Assembly (NCBI GenBank): GCA_037142675.1
Contig: JBAXAF010000003.1
Location: forward strand, 3,717 to 67,716
Reading direction: 5' to 3'
From: Candidatus Berkelbacteria bacterium
GTDB taxonomy: Bacteria > Patescibacteriota > UBA1384 > XYA2-FULL-43-10 > CAINNR01
DNA: 64,000 nt
Made by a program: the position numbers and the translations under genes. Positions 19,787 to 28,954 of this stretch are shown in pieces; the first letter of the stretch is position 1; every line of letters starts with the position of its first letter. The notes under the pieces are model-generated. The model was not told the origin of the DNA. It saw nothing but the letters and a program-made list of their open reading frames with translations, and did no database searches.

Positions 19787-20554
19787 TTAATGGATTCCTG
19801 CTGGCAGCGCCTCGGCGTTGTTTTTTTGTGGTTGAGGATTTTGCGATACTGCAGGGATGATTTGATCAGCTTGGACTATTAAACGTTTTAAATTTGTTCC
19901 AACGGGGGTGCAAGTCATAAGGGTTAACGTTGCCTTGGTGTTATCTGACTTCATTACAGAGGTGTCAGAGGGGTCAACAACTGAGATTTTCTTAATTCTG
20001 TAAATAAAGCTCACGTTATGAAATTTAATTTGAACCAAATCACCAACAGCAACATTGCCAAGTAAAGCAAAAGCCGAATTGTATTGGCTGATTACCCAAG
20101 GATAGTTCGATGAGTGAGCAGTTACAAAGACGTTGCCCATCTCCCCGGGGAGGCTTGTGCCAGATAGCTGGATGGCGCCGTTTTTCAAATTTGAACTAAC
20201 CGTGGATTCAGTATTATCGACACCGAAAGTGATTGGCGCCTTAACGTTGATTGCTTCGATAAATATTGAATTATCGGAAATGCCAGGTAGCGACTCGTTT
20301 TTATTAGCCTCGGGCTTGTTTTGATAAGAGGACACTGCGTCGACTAAAGTATGAGGCGGAGTTTTGAATTCATCCTGATACCACCAGGCTATTTTTTTGT
20401 TGAAAGCCCCAAAGTTAAGGGAGTAGATTACGATGGAAAAAAACAAAACAAACAAGAGTAAAAAATATATTATAACCAAAAAAGGATTTCTTTTTTTAAA
20501 TCTTGAAGAAATAAATATCTGCTCTAAGTCTGCTTCTGTCAGCCGATGTTTCAT
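19787..20554 (-). CDS. Sortase-family transpeptidase.
   Basis: N-terminal TM anchor. Catalytic His context NVFVTAHS. TLxTC-type Cys motif (ATLTLMTCTP), with a downstream Arg. Confidence 0.75.
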   Translation of the reverse strand: MKHRLTEADLEQIFISSRFKKRNPFLVIIYFLLLFVLFFSIVIYSLNFGAFNKKIAWWYQDEFKTPPHTLVDAVSSYQNKPEANKNESLPGISDNSIFIEAINVKAPITFGVDNTESTVSSNLKNGAIQLSGTSLPGEMGNVFVTAHSSNYPWVISQYNSAFALLGNVAVGDLVQIKFHNVSFIYRIKKISVVDPSDTSVMKSDNTKATLTLMTCTPVGTNLKRLIVQADQIIPAVSQNPQPQKNNAEALPAGIH

Positions 20555-20574
20555 AATTTGTTTTAATATTTGGT

Positions 20575-20614
20575 GCGGCGCTTAGCGCCGCTTCCACCAC
20601 GCTAAGCGTGGTGG
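20575..20614 (-). terminator. Two tandem GC hairpins with the same loop, immediately 3' of tRNA-Leu. The second engages the encoded CCA end. No U-tract.
   Basis: Hairpins gcggcgc-tta-gcgccgc (20575-20591) and ccaccacgc-taa-gcgtggtgg (20594-20614). Confidence 0.35.
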
Positions 20615-20695
20615 GCAAGGTGGGAATCGAACCCACAAGACCTTACGGCCATAGGTTTTTGAGACCTACGCGTATACCAGTTCCGCCACTTGCCC
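20609..20695 (-). tRNA. tRNA-Leu(CAA): tRNA-Leu, anticodon CAA, with a long variable arm and an encoded CCA.
   Basis: Reverse complement folds as GGGCAAG..D-arm..TAGGT-CTCAAAA-ACCTA..long V-arm..GTGGGTTCGATTCCCAC..CTTGCCC-A-CCA. 87 nt. Confidence 0.85.
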
Positions 20696-20749
20696 AATAA
20701 TTACTCTCAAATTTTATCATTTATCACATGTTTTAGCAAGTCTAATTGG

Positions 20750-21343
20750 CTATTTCCGCAGAATTTTTAAGGAACTAATATCTGTTATATCAATTACTTC
20801 TGACGGAGGATTTTTTGGCAATTCGCCGGCATTGACTATTAGATCGGGTTTTTCTTGCTGGTCGGCAATTTGTAGTAAAAAATCATCAATCTTCCAGCAA
20901 TTTGGCATGTTTGAAACATTAGCGCTGGTGGCGGCAATCGGTTGGCCAAGTTCTTCAACAAGATTTAGAATGAATTCATAATTCGGAATTCGAATGCCGA
21001 TTTTTTCCAGTTTTTGGTAGTGCGAGGAAAACTTTGTTCGATCCCCTGCTGACCATGGCAATATAAAAGTATATGCGCCGGGAACCTTTTCAGTAATAAA
21101 TTTTTCTTGATCAGGTGAAATTGAGATATGTTTATTCAACATTTCAACGGATGAAAAAATCAGCGCAATCGGTTTGTCAAAATCCCGGCCTTTAATTTTG
21201 TAAATTTTCTCGATTGCCGCATCATCAAAAGGATTGGCCACTAAACCGTAAACTGTATCAAACGGCAAGACACTCACTTTGCCGGATTTTATTGCAGCGC
21301 TGATATCTTTTTGATCAATTTGTTTGCCTTTTATGGTTTCCAT
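20750..21343 (-). CDS. tsaC: L-threonylcarbamoyladenylate synthase, TsaC/YrdC family.
   Basis: 197 aa with the YrdC-domain motif VLPFDTVYGLVANP. Confidence 0.8.
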   Translation of the reverse strand: METIKGKQIDQKDISAAIKSGKVSVLPFDTVYGLVANPFDDAAIEKIYKIKGRDFDKPIALIFSSVEMLNKHISISPDQEKFITEKVPGAYTFILPWSAGDRTKFSSHYQKLEKIGIRIPNYEFILNLVEELGQPIAATSANVSNMPNCWKIDDFLLQIADQQEKPDLIVNAGELPKNPPSEVIDITDISSLKILRK

Positions 21344-21382
21344 GCTAATAGAGTAGCAAATAAATTCATCTTTTATAAGCTT

Positions 21383-21393
21383 TGCTATATAAT
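21383..21393 (+). promoter_or_regulatory. Candidate extended -10 promoter (TGcTATATAAT) for the gpmI-pduL-ackA-kor operon.
   Basis: tgctatataat lies about 100 bp upstream of the first gpmI gene, in the only sizeable spacer before a roughly 8-kb co-directional gene string. Confidence 0.3.
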
Positions 21394-21496
21394 AGTAGTG
21401 AAGAGATAAATCATAAATTGAGGGGTATCCGACAACACTTATTTTGCTCTGAAATTAACGGAGGGATTTATTATTAGAAAAGTAGCTCTAATTGTT

Positions 21497-23020
21497 TTGG
21501 ATGGTTGGGGAATTGGTCCGGCCTGGGGCGGTAACGCAATAATGGCGGCCAAAACTCGCAATATGGATATTTGGTGGCGGACATACACGCACACCAGTCT
21601 TTTGGCGTCCAGCGAAGCCGTTGGCTTGCCGACAAACACTGCTGGAAATTCGGAAACTGGTCACTTAAACATCGGTGCTGGCCGAATTGTTCCGCAGGAC
21701 CTGGTTTTTATAAACAATTTTATCAAAGATGGTAGTTTCTTTAAGAACCCTAATATTCTGGCGGCTTTTGAACACGCAAAAAAAAATAATTCGGCACTTC
21801 ATCTCATGGGTTTGGTTGGCACAGGTCATGTCCATTCTGATATAGATCACCTTTACCAACTTTTAAAAATGGCAAAAGATAACCAAGTACAAAAGGTTTA
21901 TCTCGACCTTTTCACCGACGGTCGCGACTCCGATCCTGAATCCGGTCTTGGAGTGGTTGAAAATATTGCACAGAAAATTAAGGAGATTGGCGTAGGTCAA
22001 ATTACGACAATATGTGGCCGCTACTTTGCCATGGACCGTGATAAAAACTGGGGCAGAACCTCAAGGGCTTACAATGCCATGGTTATGGGCGAGGCCAGAG
22101 AGAGCGCTAGTACCAGGGATGCCATTTCTCGGTCTTATTTGCGTAGCACGACTGATGAATTTATTGAACCACATCTTATAGCAGATAAACCGGGCGAAAA
22201 AATATTAATTTCTGATAATGACTCGGTTATATTTTTCAACTATCGACCAGACAGAGCAAGACAAATTTCCCTGGCTTTTACCGACCAAAAAATTCCGGCG
22301 ATGGCAGACAGGAAGATCCTTAAAAATTGCTATTTTGTCACTTTTGTCAATCGCGACCCTAGCCCTTTGGGAATTATGGCATTTGAGGCCGATGAAATTA
22401 AAAATACATTGGCAGAAACTATTAGCAAGGCTGGAATTACACAATTTCACATCGCAGAGACTGAAAAATATGCTCACGTGACTTATTTTATCGATGGCGG
22501 CCGCGAAAAACCATTTCCTGGTGAATATCGGATGGTTATCCCCTCTCCGAAAGTTGCTACTTATGACTTGTCTCCAGCAATGAGCGCCCAACTTCTAGCA
22601 GACTCGATTATAAAAAATGTCGATAAAAATTTTGGTTTAATAATTTGTAATTTTGCCAATGCTGATATGGTCGGCCATGCCGGTAATTTTTATGCCACGA
22701 CCCAAGCGATTGAATATGTTGATTTGATTCTTGAAAAATTAGTAAATACTCTACTGATTCACAACTATTCTATTGCTATAACCTCAGACCATGGAAATGC
22801 CGAAGAAAGCATAAATCCAAAAACAAACCAGCCAAACACAGAACATACCACTAACCCGGTCCCATTTGTTATAATCTCTAAAGAGATGGAGATTGCTAGG
22901 AAGAAAATGATTTCAACTGGAGGACTTTGTAATATTGCTCCAACCATTTTGGAAATAATGGGTATACCAAAGCCTGCAGAAATGACTTCAACCAGTTTAT
23001 TCGAAAGGTCAAATGGATAA
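21497..23020 (+). CDS. gpmI: 2,3-bisphosphoglycerate-independent phosphoglycerate mutase (iPGM), copy 1. The start codon is uncertain (TTG at 21497, or an upstream ATT just after a GGAGGG RBS).
   Basis: LDGWG N-terminal motif, catalytic Ser motif GNSETGH, metal-binding ADMVGH, and C-terminal SDHGNAE. Confidence 0.85.
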   Translation: MDGWGIGPAWGGNAIMAAKTRNMDIWWRTYTHTSLLASSEAVGLPTNTAGNSETGHLNIGAGRIVPQDLVFINNFIKDGSFFKNPNILAAFEHAKKNNSALHLMGLVGTGHVHSDIDHLYQLLKMAKDNQVQKVYLDLFTDGRDSDPESGLGVVENIAQKIKEIGVGQITTICGRYFAMDRDKNWGRTSRAYNAMVMGEARESASTRDAISRSYLRSTTDEFIEPHLIADKPGEKILISDNDSVIFFNYRPDRARQISLAFTDQKIPAMADRKILKNCYFVTFVNRDPSPLGIMAFEADEIKNTLAETISKAGITQFHIAETEKYAHVTYFIDGGREKPFPGEYRMVIPSPKVATYDLSPAMSAQLLADSIIKNVDKNFGLIICNFANADMVGHAGNFYATTQAIEYVDLILEKLVNTLLIHNYSIAITSDHGNAEESINPKTNQPNTEHTTNPVPFVIISKEMEIARKKMISTGGLCNIAPTILEIMGIPKPAEMTSTSLFERSNG

Positions 23021-24629
23021 TAATAATTTGCACACGCCAATAGTCCTTGCCATCCTAGACGGCTGGGGAATGTCAGCTGCTTGGGGCGGGAATGCAATCT
23101 CAATGTCGTCTCCAAAAACCATGAACTCACTGTGGCGCGATTATCCGCATGCAATTTTGCAGGCATTCCGCCAGGTAGCAGGAAATTACAAAATGGTTGG
23201 AAACTCGGAAATTGGGCATTCCTCTATTGGTGCTGGAAAAATTGTTTTTCAGGATTTGGAGCGAATTACTGATTCAATTCTAAATAAAACATTTTTTCAA
23301 AATGAATCACTGGTCGGTGCTTGCCGTAATGCGACCAATTATAATTCATCATTGCATCTCATCGGACTGGTCTCTGATGGCGGTATTCACAGCCACATTG
23401 ATCACCTGTATGCTCTTTTACGTTTGGCTAAATTTTACAATCTGCCCAAGGTATATATTCACGTTATCACCGACGGTTTAGACACCGACAGTACAAGCGC
23501 GCTTGATTTTATTGTTCATTTGCAAAAAGTTATGGCAGAAATTGGGATTGGAGAAATTGCCACCGTTACTGGTCGACATTTAGCCATGAATCGTGATAAT
23601 CATTGGGAAAATATCACAAAATCACTCCAGGCCATGATCCATGGTATTGGAATATCCGCTCCCTCAGCGGCGGCAGCTATCTCAAACTCATATAAAAACG
23701 GATTTACTGACCAATACATTCCACCTACGGTTATTAAAAATGACCGGGGGCCTGTGGCCAAAATTTTGAATAATGATAGTGTTATCTTCTTTAACTATCG
23801 CCCCGACCGAGCCAGACAACTAACTTTAGCGCTCTTGGGTATGCATAATATGGGAGCAAAATATCCGGCTCCGAATAATATATACTTTACCTCGTTTTCT
23901 TCTTACTACCTGCCAGCGTCAATTGAAGCAAAAACCCATATCGCATTTCCGCCCGAGTTGGTTGAGAACACTTTGGGCAAACTAGTTTCTGATTCGGGGT
24001 TAGCGCAATTTCGTATTGCCGAAAGCGAAAAGTACCCACACATTAGCTACTTTTTTAACTGTGGGGTTGAGGAACCATTTCCTGGTGAGGAAAGAGTGAT
24101 TATTCAATCAGACGAAATCAAAGGTTTTGACCAAAAGCCTCAGATGCAAGCTGCCGAAATCACAAAAAAATTAGTTGCTGCCGTTCGTTCACAAAAATTT
24201 CAATTTGCTTTAGTCAATTACGCCAATGTTGATAGTGTTGGCCATACTGGAGACCTAATTGCCACAACACAGGCCGTAACATTTGTTGATGATTCCCTCA
24301 AAGAGCTTGCCGAGGCGGTCCTAGCAGTTGATGGAACCTTAATTGTGACTGCTGATCATGGCAATGCGGAGCAAATGATTCAAGTTACCACTGGGCATGA
24401 TCGGGAAACTTTTCATAGCTTGAGCCCGGTGCCATTTGTCTTAGTTCGTTCTGATTTGAGAGGGAGAAATCAGGGGGCTAGTTCGTCTGGCGATATATTA
24501 TCCTCAATGATCTCATCAAAAAGATCATTGGCTGATATCGCTCCAACCATTCTAGAATTACTCGGTATTCCTAAACCGCAGTCAATGACTGGGTCTAGCC
24601 TTTTATCGGATATAATTGTTAATAAATAA
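23013..24629 (+). CDS. gpmI: 2,3-bisphosphoglycerate-independent phosphoglycerate mutase (iPGM), copy 2, a divergent tandem paralog.
   Basis: ILDGWG, GNSEIGH, VDSVGH and TADHGNAE motifs. It is roughly 45% identical to copy 1 by eye and overlaps copy 1 by 8 nt. Confidence 0.85.
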   Translation: MDNNNLHTPIVLAILDGWGMSAAWGGNAISMSSPKTMNSLWRDYPHAILQAFRQVAGNYKMVGNSEIGHSSIGAGKIVFQDLERITDSILNKTFFQNESLVGACRNATNYNSSLHLIGLVSDGGIHSHIDHLYALLRLAKFYNLPKVYIHVITDGLDTDSTSALDFIVHLQKVMAEIGIGEIATVTGRHLAMNRDNHWENITKSLQAMIHGIGISAPSAAAAISNSYKNGFTDQYIPPTVIKNDRGPVAKILNNDSVIFFNYRPDRARQLTLALLGMHNMGAKYPAPNNIYFTSFSSYYLPASIEAKTHIAFPPELVENTLGKLVSDSGLAQFRIAESEKYPHISYFFNCGVEEPFPGEERVIIQSDEIKGFDQKPQMQAAEITKKLVAAVRSQKFQFALVNYANVDSVGHTGDLIATTQAVTFVDDSLKELAEAVLAVDGTLIVTADHGNAEQMIQVTTGHDRETFHSLSPVPFVLVRSDLRGRNQGASSSGDILSSMISSKRSLADIAPTILELLGIPKPQSMTGSSLLSDIIVNK

Positions 24630-24645
24630 TCAAGAGAGACATTAA

Positions 24646-25221
24646 ATGAAAACAAAAGTGGAGATTGAGGTTTCGGCCCGTCATATTCATTTAACAAAAA
24701 ATGATTATGATTTTTTGTTCGGCGCCGATACGCCATTCATTGAAATTAAGGAGCTAAGTCAGCACGAAGAATTTGCCACTGATAAAGTTGTTACAATTGT
24801 TGGCCCTAAAGGCGAGCTTCCGGTTCGGTTTCTCTCCCCTTTCCGCACTGAAACTCAAACAGAAATTTCGCTCACCGATTGTTATCAAATAGGAGTAACT
24901 GCTCCGTATGAAACCCAAATTGCCAACGGCTGCGCAGATATTATATTAAAAACTAGCAGGGGCGAGGTCAGGCGCTGCGCTGTGATGGTTGCTAGACGAC
25001 ATTTGCACGCCAATCATTCAGAGGCTAAGGAGGCGGGGATAGAAGATGGACAGCAAATAAGGGTCTTGGTAGAGACCCCGCGCGGCAGAATTATTTTTGA
25101 TGACGTAAATGTTAAAATCGATAAAAATTTTCAACTTCGCGTTCATCTCGACACTGATGAGGGTAACGCTGCGGGGATAACCGATAAAACTTTCGGAGAA
25201 ATAATTGTGGATGAAAAATGA
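24646..25221 (+). CDS. pduL: Phosphate acyltransferase PduL (phosphotransacetylase-type).
   Basis: Two PduL-type repeats with VEIEVSARHIHL and MVARRHLHAN motifs. 191 aa. Confidence 0.8.
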   Translation: MKTKVEIEVSARHIHLTKNDYDFLFGADTPFIEIKELSQHEEFATDKVVTIVGPKGELPVRFLSPFRTETQTEISLTDCYQIGVTAPYETQIANGCADIILKTSRGEVRRCAVMVARRHLHANHSEAKEAGIEDGQQIRVLVETPRGRIIFDDVNVKIDKNFQLRVHLDTDEGNAAGITDKTFGEIIVDEK

Positions 25222-26216
25222 TATTAATAGTTAACACTGGTTCGTCATCAGTAAAATATAAGCTTTTTGATGATTCCCTGGAAGAAGTTAAATCTGGAAA
25301 GTTTGATTTTTCAGGTAATCAAATATCTGGCGCTATAGATAAAGTAGTTGCGGAAATTGGCAACCACAAGAATGAAATTAATAAAATCGGTTATCGCATT
25401 GTTCATGGCGGTGATGAAGTTGATGAAATTTTACCCGTGACCCTGCCGACGATGAAAATTATCGAGGAGTTTGCGCCGTTGGCCCCTCACCATAATCCGC
25501 CGGCAATAGCGGTAATTAAAACATTAATTGAAAAACTTCCACTGACGCAGCATTTTGTGGCATTCGACACCGCATTCTTTAAAGATCTTCCCGTGGTAGC
25601 CAAAACTTACCCGATTGATCAAGCAATCGCCCAGGAGTATGGAATTAGGCGTTTCGGTTTCCATGGAATCTCACATGGCGCCATGCTGGATGAAGTTGAC
25701 CCGGACCATGAAAAAAAGCTTATTACGATTCATTTGGGTGCAGGATCAAGCATTTGCGCCATTAATTGTGGGGTACCAATTGATACTTCTATGGGGTTCA
25801 CGCCAATAGAAGGACTTCCAATGCAAAAGCGGAGCGGTGACATTGATCCGGAAATTGTTTTGTTTTTATCTGAGAAGATTGGTGAAAAAAAGACCAGAGA
25901 TTTAATAGAAAATCATTCCGGTTTGGCAGGAATTTCTGGAAAATCAGGCGATATGCTAGAGCTCTTGGAGAGCGATGACGAAATGTCAAAACTTGCCATA
26001 GATGTTCTTTGTTACAGGACCAAAAAGTATATTGGTGCTTACGCTGCTGCGCTAGGCGGAGTCGATATGGTGGTCTTTTCTGGCGAGATAGGCTTTGGAT
26101 CATCTTTAATCAGAAAAAAAATTACTGCTGGACTGGAGTATCTCGGTTTTGAGACAAAAGCTATTAAGCCAAATGAGGAATTAGCAATTGCCAAGAAACT
26201 AATTCCAAAGGTATAA
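25218..26216 (+). CDS. ackA: Acetate kinase (short form).
   Basis: Motifs ILIVNTGSSSVKYKLF, IGYRIVHGG, FDTAFF, RFGFHGISH and HLGAGSSICAINCGVPIDTSMGFTPIEGL, with a C-terminal PNEELAIA. 332 aa. Confidence 0.85.
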   Translation: MILIVNTGSSSVKYKLFDDSLEEVKSGKFDFSGNQISGAIDKVVAEIGNHKNEINKIGYRIVHGGDEVDEILPVTLPTMKIIEEFAPLAPHHNPPAIAVIKTLIEKLPLTQHFVAFDTAFFKDLPVVAKTYPIDQAIAQEYGIRRFGFHGISHGAMLDEVDPDHEKKLITIHLGAGSSICAINCGVPIDTSMGFTPIEGLPMQKRSGDIDPEIVLFLSEKIGEKKTRDLIENHSGLAGISGKSGDMLELLESDDEMSKLAIDVLCYRTKKYIGAYAAALGGVDMVVFSGEIGFGSSLIRKKITAGLEYLGFETKAIKPNEELAIAKKLIPKV

Positions 26217-26248
26217 TACGTACATGTTCTGTAAATTGTAGGAGATAT

Positions 26249-27289
26249 TTGAGCGAAAAGAAATTTATTACTGGAAATGAAGCTGCAGTTCTTGGTGCAA
26301 TTGAAGGTGGTGCTGAGATGTTTTTTGGGTATCCAATTACACCAGCGACTGAAATTCTTGAGGGCTGGATAAATAAGGCATCAGAAGATAAAAATCTTCA
26401 ATATCTTCAGGCCGAAGATGAAATTGCATCCGGGTTTGCTACTATCGGCGCAATTTTGGCCGGAAAAAAAGCTTTTACCGCCACTGCTGGGGTTGGAAAT
26501 GTTTTAATGCAGGATCCAATTTCGATGGCCGAAAATGAAAGATTGCCGTTTGTTGGAATTATAGCCCAGCGCGGTGGCCCATCAACTGGGACTGTAATTT
26601 ATTCACAGCAAGAAGTTAATTTAACAGCTCTCGGAGGAAATGGCGATGGGCTCAGAATAGTATATTCTGCGTCGAACGTTGCTGAGTGTTATGAACTTTC
26701 GGCCAAGATATTCTCCACTGCCTGGAAGTATAATTTCCCGACTTTCATGTTGACCGATGGCTATCTCGGAAAACAAAAAATCACTACAGCGTTGAATAAG
26801 CCGCTTAGGCCATTTCCTGCTAGGAAAATTTTAAAAGAAGATTCGCTAAATCCAACTCATATTCGTAACTGCTTTGGGTCGGAGCCGGAGTTTGCAAAGG
26901 TTCTGCAGCGAAATATTTCTGATTATAAATTTTTAATTGACAAGGTTGCACAGTCCGAAAGTTATAAAGTCTCAGGTGCCACTGATATAATTTTGGCTCA
27001 TGGAAGCGTAGCGGCGGCAGCTAAGTCCGCAATTGACGATCTTCGTGCTGATGGCGTAAAGGCTGGGCTAATTCGGCCGATAACTCTGCGGCCATTGGAT
27101 ACCAAGGCGATTAGAAGCCAAATTAAAAATGCGCAGCGAGTTTATGTTATTGAGTCTGCTTTTGAACAGTTTGCCCGACTATTAGTATATATTGTTCCGG
27201 AATTGGCCAGCAAAATGATAAAAGTATTTAAGCCGGCTGTTGGTTTCACCCCGGAAGAAATTTATAAAATTGTCAAAGATAACAAATAA
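26249..27289 (+). CDS. 2-oxoacid (pyruvate/2-oxoglutarate):ferredoxin oxidoreductase, alpha subunit.
   Basis: N-terminal motif GNEAAVLGAIEGGAEMFFGYPITPATEI is typical of KorA/PorA. 346 aa. Confidence 0.8.
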   Translation: MSEKKFITGNEAAVLGAIEGGAEMFFGYPITPATEILEGWINKASEDKNLQYLQAEDEIASGFATIGAILAGKKAFTATAGVGNVLMQDPISMAENERLPFVGIIAQRGGPSTGTVIYSQQEVNLTALGGNGDGLRIVYSASNVAECYELSAKIFSTAWKYNFPTFMLTDGYLGKQKITTALNKPLRPFPARKILKEDSLNPTHIRNCFGSEPEFAKVLQRNISDYKFLIDKVAQSESYKVSGATDIILAHGSVAAAAKSAIDDLRADGVKAGLIRPITLRPLDTKAIRSQIKNAQRVYVIESAFEQFARLLVYIVPELASKMIKVFKPAVGFTPEEIYKIVKDNK

Positions 27290-28041
27290 TGAAAACACTG
27301 GACGAACAATTCGGTATGCCGGCATGCTTCAACGTTAAGTCGAAGCCGAGTTTGTTTTGCCCTGGTTGCGGCGAAAGCATGATACTAAAACATCTTGGTA
27401 ACGTTATAGATTCTGAAAAAATTGGGTCAAAAATCACACTGGCGATTGATATCGGCTGCACGCTTTTGTCCTGGAACTACTTTAGTTTTGATACCATCCA
27501 AACACATCATGGTCGCTCGGTCCCGGTTTCTGTTGGTTATAAAATGGCAAACGGCAAGAGAATTGTAATTGCGCTAATGGGCGATGGTGGCGCATACGCT
27601 ATTGGCCTTCAGTCTCTTCTGCACGCCGCGTTTCGCAATGATCCGATATTGGCGATTGTTATTAACAATACCGAGTATTCAATGACCGGCGGGCAAATGG
27701 CCCCAACCTCCTTGCCTGGCGAAATTACCGCCACTTCCCCACTCGGCAAAAATGCTAGTATTTTTGGCCCAGCATTTCATGGTCCAGAACTTGTGCGCCA
27801 AATTGCCGCTCCGGGAGCTTTTATCGCACGCGCCACAGTTTCCAACCCAACTATGGTGGAGACTGTTATAGCTAGGGCGATAAATAATCAAATTGAAAAT
27901 AAGAGTTTTTCAATGGTAGAGATCCTTTCAATTTGCCCGACAAATTGGAAGATGAATGCTGCTGAAAGCTTTGAATTCTTAGCCAAGCTGGAAAAAGTTT
28001 ATCCTGTCGGTGAAATTATCAAAAATAAAAATATTAAGTAA
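27289..28041 (+). CDS. 2-oxoacid:ferredoxin oxidoreductase, beta subunit (TPP-binding).
   Basis: FCPGCGES (CPGCG motif) and GDGGAYAIG TPP-binding motif. 250 aa. Confidence 0.8.
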   Translation: MKTLDEQFGMPACFNVKSKPSLFCPGCGESMILKHLGNVIDSEKIGSKITLAIDIGCTLLSWNYFSFDTIQTHHGRSVPVSVGYKMANGKRIVIALMGDGGAYAIGLQSLLHAAFRNDPILAIVINNTEYSMTGGQMAPTSLPGEITATSPLGKNASIFGPAFHGPELVRQIAAPGAFIARATVSNPTMVETVIARAINNQIENKSFSMVEILSICPTNWKMNAAESFEFLAKLEKVYPVGEIIKNKNIK

Positions 28042-28052
28042 ATTTGTTTGTC

Positions 28053-28104
28053 ATTCCGAATTCATCTCGGAATCTCAAAAAAGATCCTGAATCAAGTTCA
28101 GGAT
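28053..28104 (+). other. Two consecutive short hairpins in the korB to gamma-delta spacer.
   Basis: attccga-attcatc-tcggaat (28053-28073) and atcctgaa-tcaag-ttcaggat (28084-28104). Confidence 0.4.
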
Positions 28105-28122
28105 GACGAGAAGCATGACATT

Positions 28123-28947
28123 ATGAAAAATGAAATAACAAAAATTGTTCTTGCTGGTGAAGGTGGTCAGGGTATTCAAACAATTGCCAAGGTTTTGTCG
28201 ACCGCTCTTGTGTCCGCCGGCTACTTTGTCAGCTACATCCCCCAATTCGGTCCTGAGCAACGTGGCACCCCTTCGGTATCATTTATTCAATTCTCCAAGT
28301 CAGAAATTACCTACCCTAAATTCGATACCGCCGACATTGTAATGGTTTTGCGCCGCAGAGCAATTAAAACCATTGAATCCTATGTTGGCCCGAAGACTCA
28401 GTTACTTTTCGATTCATCTACAATTTCTAGACAAAAATTTTCACTTAATAACTCCAGGGTTTTTGCAATACCTGCTACTAAACTTGCCGAGGAGCAATTT
28501 GGCAATAAAAATCAAAATATTTTAGCCCTTGGAGTCTTGGCGAAGAACTTTCTTGATTACCCCAAAAACGCTATGTGGGAGATAATTTCTACTCAGCTCG
28601 GGAAAAAGTTTGCCAAAAATAAGGACTTGGCAGATAAATCAAAGTTAGCCTTTGATTTTGCATATGATTTTCAACTTGAAACTAAGAAATTTACAAAGCC
28701 AGAGTATGATACCTGCGAAGAAATTGTTATTAGAAAAAACTCAGAGCGAACGGCTGTCATTGTGCCGAAGTATTGCAAAGGTTGCGGAATTTGTGTCCTA
28801 AAGTGTCCGGTTAAAGCGCTATCTTTTAGCAAGACCCTGGGTGTGTACGGGACACCAATTCCCGACATTGATATCGAAAAATGTATAGCTTGTGGAAATT
28901 GTTTTCGTTTTTGCCCCGATTCGGCTATTAGAGTTATTAAAAAATAA
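28123..28947 (+). CDS. 2-oxoacid:ferredoxin oxidoreductase, gamma subunit fused to delta (2x[4Fe-4S] ferredoxin). The ORF is open from 28048, but MKNEIT at 28123 is the likely start.
   Basis: IVLAGEGGQGIQT gamma-subunit motif. C-terminal CKGCGICVLKCP and CIACGNCFRFCP ferredoxin motifs. Confidence 0.75.
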   Translation: MKNEITKIVLAGEGGQGIQTIAKVLSTALVSAGYFVSYIPQFGPEQRGTPSVSFIQFSKSEITYPKFDTADIVMVLRRRAIKTIESYVGPKTQLLFDSSTISRQKFSLNNSRVFAIPATKLAEEQFGNKNQNILALGVLAKNFLDYPKNAMWEIISTQLGKKFAKNKDLADKSKLAFDFAYDFQLETKKFTKPEYDTCEEIVIRKNSERTAVIVPKYCKGCGICVLKCPVKALSFSKTLGVYGTPIPDIDIEKCIACGNCFRFCPDSAIRVIKK

Positions 28948-28954
28948 TCTGCAA

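Noticed and set aside
28048-28122. N-terminal extension MSFRIHLGISKK... of the Kor gamma subunit.
   Set aside because: This stretch is the twin-hairpin spacer. The conserved gamma-subunit sequence begins at MKNEITKIVLAGEGGQG (28123).
28892-28954. Upstream extension of the NUDIX gene overlapping the kor delta C-terminus.
   Set aside because: It overlaps the ferredoxin coding sequence in another frame. The ATG at 28955 sits right after the kor stop.
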